Source: Azolla caroliniana
Taxonomy: Eukaryota; Plantae; Polypodiophyta
Direction of reading: 5' to 3'
Length of the DNA stretch: 64,000 nt
Assembly (NCBI GenBank): GCA_043228905.1
Contig: JBHGNT010000016.1
Span: forward strand, 15,562,001-15,626,000
Numbering within the stretch: the first letter of the stretch is position 1; each line of letters begins with the position of its first letter. The notes beneath the pieces were generated by a model. That model made no database searches. It saw only the letters and a list, made by a program, of their open reading frames with translations, and had not been told where the DNA came from. Positions 27,488 through 38,300 of the stretch are shown in pieces. Both the position numbers and the translations under genes were made by a program.

Positions 27488-27577
27488 CAAGTTTGATCCT
27501 CACCATGGGACAAGCCCCATCCCATACATGAATCACAATTAGTCTCGTATGTGTTAAATCTCTTACTCTCTCTCTTT

Positions 27578-27597
27578 CACACACACACACACACACA

Positions 27598-27657
<60 letters not shown>
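27578..27657. repeat. Compound (CA)n(CT)n microsatellite
   Basis: Read directly in the sequence. Confidence 0.95.
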
Positions 27658-27662
<5 letters not shown>

Positions 27663-27758
27663 GTTTGATTCTAGGCATGGGATAACCTTGTCTTATACAT
27701 ATATCATAATTGCTCTTAATACGTGTTAAAAATATCTCTTTGTAGCTTGGTGCTTTAC

Positions 27759-27889
27759 TGTTACGGGCATGACCATATAATATCCCATGGTAAGATTGTA
27801 CCGTAGTAGTCTATACACACTTTAGCCATGTGTATAGACTACTATAGTACAATCTTACCATGGGATATTATATGGTCATGCCTGTAACA
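27759..27889. mobile_element. 131-bp foldback (MITE-like) element with TGT..ACA ends and 5-bp TSD
   Basis: Arms of ~60 bp are near-perfect inverted repeats around a ~9-nt loop (CTTTAGCCA), with TTTAC duplicated on both sides. Confidence 0.85.
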
Positions 27890-28825
27890 TTTACATTGTA
27901 GCATCAAACTCTTAGAGTTGAGAGAACCTAACTTCAATCCTCGTCATGGGCTAGGACTTGTTTCATATATAAATGATCTTTTGTGGATGGTAAAAAAGAT
28001 CTCTCTCTCTCTCTCTCTCTCTCTCAGAAATCTGAAAACATCCAAAGAGTAACCATCAAAATTTGGGAAATTAGTAAGAGTGCTCTTGATACATTGTCGT
28101 ATGAAATGGGACTTTTTTGTATGTTCCATAGAAAACACATTGGTGCATGTTTGCAAACTTATTATAGAGTGTAGTGATATGGGTAGGCATGTACAACAAA
28201 TTCTTATTGACTCATGTGCTTTTAACTAGTTGACCATAACACAACATATGATATATGTAAATAGACCATATAGCTTAGTAATTGAAGAGAATGCATGGAG
28301 GAAATGTGATACGTAATACAACTTGAGTAAATTTATCCCTTGATCTCACACACACACACACACATTCTCTCAAGAGATCCGAAAAATCTACTTTTGTTGA
28401 CCCAAAGGTAACTTTTTGTAGTTTAGAAACAACTCAAATGGTTAGGGGGGTGGCCGGCTTTGAAAATTTCCCTAAGAAATATTGATTCATGTTTGCATAA
28501 ACATCTTGAAGTTCAATACATGAATGCATTACTACCTGCAAGATAGCATCATAAGTGTGTGAAAGAGATGTAAGCAAGAGGTACCAAATGAATTGACGTG
28601 GTCAGGGACAAACTTCACTTAGGTACGAGTAGAGAAAGTCAATCACATAGGACTCTTTTTGAAAAGCATGCAATCATCCCAAGTATTAAGGCATATAATT
28701 GTCCTAAGTCGGACGGAGATCATTGACAAGGGATGAGGACATGGTCAAGATGATTTATCCATCCCAATCAAAACGAAGGTACAAAGTAGGGTGTGAGCCC
28801 AACTTACGTGGATGACGTAGGCTAG

Positions 28826-28884
<59 letters not shown>

Positions 28885-28885
28885 T
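28826..28885. repeat. (ATATAC)n microsatellite
   Basis: Read directly in the sequence. Confidence 0.9.
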
Positions 28886-30218
28886 TTCTCTTGGGAACAC
28901 GTAATCATCAAGGGTTTGACCAACTTTATTGATTTGTGTAGGATATATATGTCCTCTTACGGCAATTAAGAATCATGAAGAATGGTTTCAACTTTATGGA
29001 ATTGTGTGGAGATAGAAGACGGATGAATACATATGTAAGACAAACATGGTCATCTTGAGAGGTACATAAATAAACAAACATATACATACATAGAGTGCAT
29101 AGGTACATGCATGGATGAACATACAAATGAATTAGAGTTGTTGTCGGAGGCGAAACATGGCATTTACGCAAGCGAGAGTGAGCGATAGCCAACAATAGTC
29201 GATCGAAAAGAGGGGGGATCATTTATGATGGATGTTTATGCCTTAGAGATGTGACAGATACATTTTTGAAGAAAAAAGAAGAAGGTAAAAGAAAACCTTC
29301 CTCTTTCAAAGAGTAAGCTCTTTAAATATAGCCATCTAACCAATTAAAGAGACATCAACAAACAAAATCTACTTTCTATAGATAACATACATATATATAT
29401 ATATATACACATACACATACACACACACACATGAATACACATGTCTCTCAGACACACACAAACTAAAATTTTCTCTTTGTATATTCCCTCTCTTTCTCTC
29501 TTTTACATTCACACTCTCTATAGCAATGGCTATATCCATGGAGGTGGGGCTCATTTCCTTCTGCTCTTTGTTTATGTTTTCCTCTTTTGAGAGATTGTGT
29601 TAATTATATTCACATGGAAGGCCAAAAAGAAGAAGCAAAAGGCAGATTAAAAAAATGCACAAGAATAAAAAAGTAAATTTGTGTGTGTGTGTGTGTGTGT
29701 GTCTTTTCACTACACTGTTCATTAATCACATCATGACCCTCAAAATTATTGTGTATGCTTCCTGAATCCTCTCTCTTGTTTCTTTTCTAGCTTCATTTTT
29801 CTCTTTTGTGGGTGCTCTGTTTCTTCTCTATATAGATAGATAGATAGATAAGATACACACACATCACATAGATGTGTGGGCTGCTCTGTTTCTGTTAAAT
29901 GCATATACACACACACTCATAGATAGATTGATTCATACATATCTATATGCATAGATTATATACATATGGATGCAAATATAGATACATGTATGTTGATTCA
30001 TACATAGCTGGATATATACGCATATATCTGTATGCCCATGTATGTATGTATGTATATATGAATGGGATGGGTAATGAGTGCTCTGTTTCTTGGTAATGGC
30101 GATGTGGGTTTTCTTCCCTGATTATTTTGTTACTAGTAAAAAAATGTAAGTCTTTTGTTTTCCTCTCTGTTAATGTATGCGTGCTTCTTTTTATATTCTC
30201 TAATTCTTATTCATCACA

Positions 30219-30251
<33 letters not shown>

Positions 30252-30911
30252 TATTAATATATAGAGCTCAATTTACATTTAAATATTGGAATCATATACT
30301 ATTGAGTAATCATCGTCATCATGCCATTGTGGCCAATTGAGCTTTCATGGCATTGCTATAAGTATTTCCAATATTACATATGACATTCTATCCAATTCAA
30401 TCACCTTTATCTCTTCACTTAGATTCCCACTCATTGCTCTGTTTCTGGGTGTGTCTAATCATTACCCTCTCTTATCTGTCCATCTGTCCATCTATCTATG
30501 TATGCCTCTCAATCATTCACTTGCCTGTCCTTTACTAGATGCCCCGAGCATTTGATGTAGAAGCAAATTCCTCTTCCTTTTCCGTGGGTTTTGAATGGCA
30601 AAAAAATGATGATGGAGTTCTGATGTAACCATCTCTTCCCTTTTTCTGTCTGCTAATAAAACCTATATAACATGGGCCCAAAGTTTCAGAACAAAAGAAA
30701 CAAAATAACGTTAAAACACACACATTTTCTTGTAATACATTGGCATTCATTGTATGTTTGCATATATCCTTTATTGAAGTGGAAGAAGAAGAAGAAGAGG
30801 AAGAAGGAAATGAGCTATACATATTCATTGCTAATATCATAATGTCTGTTATTGTTTAAGCAGGAATCTTGAACCACTGGAACCTTGAGAGCTTTAATCA
30901 TCAAGGACAAG

Positions 30912-30918
30912 ATGAAGG

Positions 30919-30964
<46 letters not shown>

Positions 30965-31724
30965 GAAGAGAAGCCATAGTTGAGATGGTGGTTTCAACTG
31001 TTTGGAGGTCATTAGTTTGATAGACCCATTTGAACATGTAGCTCAAGAGAACTGATAGTAAAAGTAGCAGAAAATTTGAATTCATGACTTCCGTTGTTAA
31101 GTAACCCATCACATTTCTTCTACATCTCTATTCACCATGGTTTTCATGGAAACAAAAAACACCCACAATTCTTCACGTATTTCATGTTAAAGTGAGACAA
31201 TAAATGGATATGGCTCAAAACAAATGGATATGCTGTGATTGGAATCTCTTTTTTTCTGATTGCTCTTCTTATCATTTTTTTTTTTCATTTAAAGGTTTCA
31301 ATCTCATTGAAGCATGGATTTGAGAAGTATCATGCAGCCGTACACAATTTATTTGCGGCTTATGGATCATTTGTGGCTACCCATCCATTACCCCCCCTTT
31401 TGTAAGGCCCTCTCTAAAACAACACTTTTATGTGCTTTCATTTCTTTACCTATCTTGGATACACTGTTCCGAATAATTGCCTCCTTTTCTGGTAACTCTT
31501 TCTTAAATCAGAAAATGTATCAATTTTCTTTTTCTGGTTTGTTTAATGCCAGCATCGGGCTGCTTCTTTTGGGTTCTCTATGCATTGGAATCTTGAAAGC
31601 AAAGAATGAGACTGACATTGAAAACCTATGGGTAGAACAAAACTCGCGGATCGTACTCGAAAAGGAATTCTTTAACTCTCGGTAAAATAGCTAAATTTTC
31701 TATTCCTTTTGATTTTGAAAGGCT

Positions 31725-31766
<42 letters not shown>

Positions 31767-32303
31767 ACATTGTTTGAATCTATTTAAACCCCAATGATGA
31801 TTCTTGCATACAGTTTTGTGTTTATATTGCCTAATCATTACTTAACTCTGTATTCAAGAAGCATCTGTTGATTCAATGTAGTTTTGGAGGCATTGCGCGC
31901 AAACAATCTGCAGCGATCACTTTGAAAACTTATCCAAAAGAGAATTTAAATGATCTGGGGATGGCACTGGAGGCTTTAACAACAACTATAAAGCCTTTAT
32001 ATGATGACCTTTTGTTTAACTTTACAACAAAGGACCAAATCAAAGTTGAGCTTCGCCAGGTATTAATGGAATGTTTACAAGAAAAGAAGAAAAGAAGATA
32101 GAGAATAAAAGAAAGAAAGAAAGCTATATGAATGTATTTTAAGAGGCCCAAATTGGTGGCTGAAGTATGGCTCTGAGACCAAAATCGAGTACAATGTTTT
32201 ATGTACAATATATTTTGGGCTATGCCAATGGGACATGGTTAGAAAATGAAAAGAAAAAAGATCTCACTAGCAATACATAATCATAGTCTATATATACATT
32301 CAT

Positions 32304-32346
<43 letters not shown>

Positions 32347-35300
32347 AATATCATGGTTTATCCCCAGTAGAAACTCATACAGATCATGAGGTCATTAAGA
32401 TACACACCATAAAAAGGGTTTGATTGCTATAGGGATATCTATGAATCAGGTACATTTAAGTTAAATGAGTGGGTTCAAACTAATGTATTCTTTTCTTTGA
32501 AGGGAGATTTTTGTGAACGTCCATTTATTCCGAAGACTCTAAGAAGTGGAGCTGATCCAAACACACATGGTAATTGGTATGCTTGGGGATACCGACATGT
32601 TTCGACATGCGTGTTGAATACAGTAAAAACATTGTTCCCGATAAACACTACTCAATATCAACTACCTAATGATTGGGGGCTTGATATTCTTCCTTGCTAC
32701 AAACTTTCTCCAATGGATTGTTTCCAAGAAGGGAAAGATATTGATTACCCTGAAGCATTACAACAACTCGAACGCTTAGGTGTGATGTACAAAGATATGA
32801 TTCTTTTGTTTATTTATATGAAATACCCTTGGTTTTCTTTTCACAAAGTTTCCATGCTTCATTAACAACCTTAAATCACGTTTGAAGAATATAAATTATT
32901 CATACTCATTTTTCTAGTTGAATTTTTTGAAAAAAGCTGGAAACTCTTTAGATATATAGTAATAACTTCTTTTTTAATGTTCTATTTTTTAATGTAAATG
33001 TTTTTTTTGGTTATTCTGTATGAAAAATGGTAATATGCTCTATTTTTGTCCAAATGTCTTGAGTTTCTAAACACCTTTCTTCTCTGATAGAGATACATCG
33101 GTTACTAACTAAAAAAGAATTGATTGATTATCTATGATTTTCCAGTTGTTCTGAATTCGACACTGAATGGCACCTTGAATCAGATAGTTGTGGGGTTTGA
33201 GCAGTTTACTAATAACCTCTGTTTGAATCAATTGGAATCGGCACTGAAGAAGAACCCCAAAAGTGTTGGCGTAACTGTGAGTTTGTCATCAGAAGAGACT
33301 GCGAATGTAAGTGGGAACGAAGATTTAATTTAGAAATTACATGTGTTTGATGGGCCAATGCTACTGAAGCAAACAGTAATATGTAGTTTGCACTTTTTAC
33401 TCAGCTTTCTTTCTTATTTTACAGATTTTAAGTGGGATTAAGACGGTCATTAGTGTCTTTGCGGGCTGGGGTTACAACTGGAGACAATCATACAAAAGCA
33501 TGTCCAATGAAGAGGTAGGTTCTACAAAGCAACTCGAAATATCTATGAATTAATAATGACTTCTTTTGTCTCCACAAGTTTGATATATTTAAAAAGAAAA
33601 CGATTTTGTGCTTCTTTATGTGTGACAGATCTTGGAGTATTTCAATAAGGCAATGGACTTCTCAAAGAACAAAAGTCTGAGCTTGACTAATCCAGCGGTA
33701 ATGAGTGAATATTGTTAGTATATTTGCATTAGGAGCTGGCTAAATTCAAAACACAGAAAATCCACATGTGGATATGGTAGTCTCATGATTATTGAAATTG
33801 TTTTATAATGAAGCCTCAAAGTTTGCTAAGAAAAGTGACATGTAAGGAGTGCTAATACATAATCTTATTTCAGTTATAAAACCTATATATAATAAATTAT
33901 GCCAACTCAACTATGATTACTGGCTGGAAATACAGTAGAATATTGAAAATTGAAGTAATTGCTATCATTACCTGACACATATGATCAAACTTGCAATTTT
34001 CTTTTTCAGGTGTTGCATTGTATTAGTGAAAAGAGGCCATGTTGTTTGACATGGTTCGGGGCTGTCTCACCTTTGGAAGCATCGCTTGGAGGTCTGGAGT
34101 ATGGACAATCCGGGAATATATCCTCTGTATGTGAAAGAATGTCTGGGATCTGGCTGTAGAATGTTATATTTTTTCTGTTCAAGAATAGTCTCAACTATGT
34201 CTTTTTAAAATTGATGTTTTGGTTTCTGCAGATTGCATCGTTGAGATGGGGAGGTAATAACTGGAACCATAAGCATCCCTTGTGGACTGAATACATCTCG
34301 AAGACACTAAACAGGAGTTTCACTGATGAGGAAAGGAAGAATCTTGTTCTTGGGTGGGAAAATGAATTGCTAAAGTATCTTGTTCCTTTGCATGCCAATG
34401 CTGCGGGTACCAATTTCACTTCTGGAGCAGCGCTTGATGATTATCAAGTCCAGTTTACAGTTTGGGTACGTATGAAATGTATATGTCTTTTTGGATGTCG
34501 TTCTTTTATGCATATGTTCTTCCATTAAATTTTGATTAGCAAGAAAGTTATGAATGTGATTGAAATTGATATTGAGATTCTTTGTATAATTTCAGAGATC
34601 AACGGAAGATCTACTCCAAGATGCAAATAGTGTTCCAGTTTGGCAGATAATCTTGAGTATTATATTGGTGTTTTCATATGCATTTGCTTGCTTTGTCAAC
34701 TTGCGTAATCCTGTACACTCACATACTTGGCTTGTCCTTATGGTAAATAAACTTAACAATCCATTGCAAAGTCTCTTGTTTTGACTTTCAAAAGCAATCG
34801 GAACCTTTGCTCATTTTTGCTAGTTCTGTTAATCATGGTATAGGGAATGATCGTGGTGTCTTTTGCTATTCTTGCTGGTTTTGGATTGACATCAATCTTT
34901 GGTATTAAGCTGTCACCTTTGGCCGGATCTGTGGTGCCTTTCCTTACACTCGGTCTCGGTGAGATGTTGCATTTTAAATTGCCTCTTATGTTGTCTTCCA
35001 AAATATTCTTTGTTAGCAATAAAAATACAATGATTACCTAGTTGTTTAAGGAAACAGATGAACATAATTATGTCATGAATATATATACACTCTTCAATAT
35101 CTTGCAAAATAACGTTAAAATGTAAACGATTACCTCAAGAAAAAACGCTTGAGAATTATCTAAAAAACTGTCGAAATGGAGGATGTCTACAAGCGATCAG
35201 TAGAAAGTTGGTGATTGATCACTTATTTATGGAAAATCCAGCAATAGATAAGGATTTCTCCTACTGAAACTCATACATATTTTAATCTTACAGGAATAGA

Positions 35301-38300
35301 TGATGTTTTCGTTTTGGTCAACATGTTGAGAAACTATTTAGTGGAGAAAAGGATTCAAGCAGTGGATACAACGATCTCATTAGTTCCACAAAACGAGATG
35401 AGGCTCACTGTTAGTCATGCCGGGCCTTCTGTTGTCCTAACCACATTTTCGGTCCTTGCTTCTTTCTTCATTTCATCCGTGGTTAGTTTTTTCTCTATTA
35501 ACAATCATTTGTCACGATGAATTTTGATGATTCCTTTTTCTATAAAAGAAAATAGCAAAGCATGTCAAAACTTGAATGAGATGCAGTACATTATGTAATA
35601 ACTGACATGTGCAAGAGGCTTAAATGGCATACGAATCGAAAATTATAACCATCATCTGATAATGATACAGCTGGGAGAAGAACATAATAATGAGATATAG
35701 ACAGATAGATGGATATGTTTTTAATGTCCATGGGAGGCCGATTGCACTCTATGAGATGGGGCCTAGCCCATAGTTAGGATTAAATTTGGGTTCTCTCAAT
35801 TTTATGACTTTGATGCTACAGTATAAATCACCAAACCAACAGCTAGAGATATATAGATATAGATATAGATATAGATATAGATATAGATATAGATATAGAT
35901 AGAGATATAGATATAGATATTGATATAGATATAGATAGAGATAGAGATAGATTGATTGTTAATATTTTTTTTGTAGACTCCAATGCCAATTGTTCGGTGG
36001 TTTTGCTGGCAAATGGGCATTACTGCGCTGATACACACTTGTGGGATGATGCTCATCTTTATTCCGTTGATGTCGTTGGATGCTCGACGCGTAAAGGTAT
36101 ATCATCCTATCTCATACATATGTATCTCTTCCGTTTGTAGAAGTCATTACTGTTTTTTTGCTACACTTAGCCATAGAAAAACAGTAGTTACTTCTTACTC
36201 AAAATGTTGGGAAAAGAACTTAATGAATGTGTTCCTTATGGGCAGGCGGGTATAATTGATCCTTGTCTTTGGTTGTTTTGTGGTTTGAGGAGATCAGGAA
36301 AAGGTATTATTTCTCAATAATTATGGGACAATAGTACATTAAGAATTCTTTGTGAATTTCTTGGAAATTGGAATGCAGTAACGAGCAATGAGGTCGATGG
36401 AGCGACGTTTAATGAATATAGTGCAAGCACACCCATATCTTTGGCAGTTGCAAAGTATTATGCTCCATTGTTCCAATATAATCTATTCAAAATCATCATG
36501 GTAAGCACATTTGTCTGTAATGAAGGAAAAATATCATTAGCTATTAGTGATTTAAGCAAAATAAATGGAAGTACTGTAATATAAAGGGAGGGAAAAAAAC
36601 ACCAAAACACCTCTAGCTGTCCAAATATCTACATGAATGCCCCTAAGTTTTCAAATATTTATCTGAAAACTTAGGGGTATGAAGCCCTAATAAAAATTGT
36701 ATGAAGCTGGAAATTGTTTCGATAAGGATCCTATATATGGATAATAATGTTTGTTTTGTTGTTGCAGTCATTCCTTTTTGCGGTCTTGCTAAGTTTATCT
36801 CTCTACTTTGGTGTTTGGAAAGTTCAACATGGGTTGAACCTCTCGGACATTGCTTTAAAAGGTTCAAAATGATTTGTAATATGTGAAGGAACTAGTCTAT
36901 GTGATTTTTCCATTGGGTTTTCCACCATTTTAGTTGGTTTGTATTGTCTGCTTATTTTCTAATCACTTTATCATACGATATTCTATAATGTTGTGAAAGT
37001 TGGATTGATATCAGTTCCTACCCTTTATTTTTTATTTTATTGTTCTCGATTCTACAGGATCCTACCAACATGACTTTGCAAAATTGGTTGAAAAAATCTA
37101 TCCACAGTATGATCTTGTAAGAGACATTTTCCTTGTGGGCATAAATCTCTAACTTATACCTTTCTCATGGTTTTGATTTTGACAAAGTTTCTATTTTATT
37201 ATTTTTATCTAGTATCTGGTAACACAAAACATCGAGGATTACTCAAAGGTGCAAACTGAGCTTCTGGGAGTGTATAATAGGCGAGAGAGTAATCTGTCTA
37301 CTTTCTTGCCCTCTTCAGCTACAGTAAGTTTTGGGAAGATTATAACAATGTTCTCTAGTAGTAGTATGCGTTTCATTTCAATACAAATAATACACAAAAG
37401 GAAACAAAAACAAATCTGTTATTTATTTATATATATACATATATGTAGTGTCGATGTCAGAAGTATGTTAATAACACTTTTGAATGCTCAAAATATACTA
37501 ACACTTGATTTTGCAGATACTGGATTATACATGGATGGGCAATTTGTACTCTTTTGTAAATATGACTTCAAACACATCATATCCCATTCCGGCCACAGAG
37601 TTTACAAACTTGGCACAGTCTTGGTCAACGTCTCCGTTAGGTTAAATGTCTCTATAATCCCCTTTTTTACATGACATCTGCCTCTGAATTGACCTTTCTG
37701 CTGAAAATGGAAAAGAATAAGCCATCACAGAAATCTAGTATTGAGCTTAAGTCCTCAGTTTTTATGATGAAAGCTTAATTCATTTTTCTTATGTGCACAC
37801 GTATATTTTTGATGTGTAGGTATATTCTCTCTTCATGATCTTTACTGCCAGAGTAGCTCTACAGGGCAGCAAAAAAGCTGTTTTGCTGAGAAAGAAAGCA
37901 CAGACTGGGAAATTGGAGCTACAAAAACTGTGGTATTATTTTGCTCTCCTTTTTTTGGTGATTAGGGGAGATTGATGGATAAATATCCTTTTAAGGTCCA
38001 TGGGAGACCAATTGTGATCTATGAGACGAGGCCTAGCCCATGGGAAGGATTGAACTTGGTGCAACGAATATTCTGAGCATTTGTAGAAAAAACTTTGGGG
38101 GTGTTTTGGATATATTTTCATTTGTTATGATTTTCCCCCCAAGAATCATAAACAATATAGCTATAAATAAGACATTACAACAAGCCAGAACTCATTTGTC
38201 TTTTTTTGATATTCATATATACAGGTGTTTGCAAATAGTGTGGGGTCAGATACAAAAAACAATGTTGACATGATCAAACAAACAAGACAAGCATTAGACA

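Larger units (their letters stand above)
27490..27970 (+). mobile_element. Cluster of three partial copies of a short SINE-like repeat
   Basis: Related cores AAGTTTGATCCTCACCATGGGACAAG (27490), AAGTTTGATTCTAGGCATGGGATAA (27661) and AACTTCAATCCTCGTCATGGGCTAGG (~27930). They match reverse-strand copies at ~35728-35850 and ~37997-38060. Confidence 0.6.

Noticed and set aside
27759-27889. Canonical MIRNA precursor
   Set aside because: The TSD, TGT..ACA ends and empty paralogous site point to a transposon. No known mature miRNA was recognised.
31314-31685. ORF-track start MDLRSIMQ as the Patched N-terminus
   Set aside because: It reads through an intron. The alternative frame (VSISLKHGFEKYHAAVHNLFAAYGSFVATHP) splices in phase and resembles the pre-TM1 helix.
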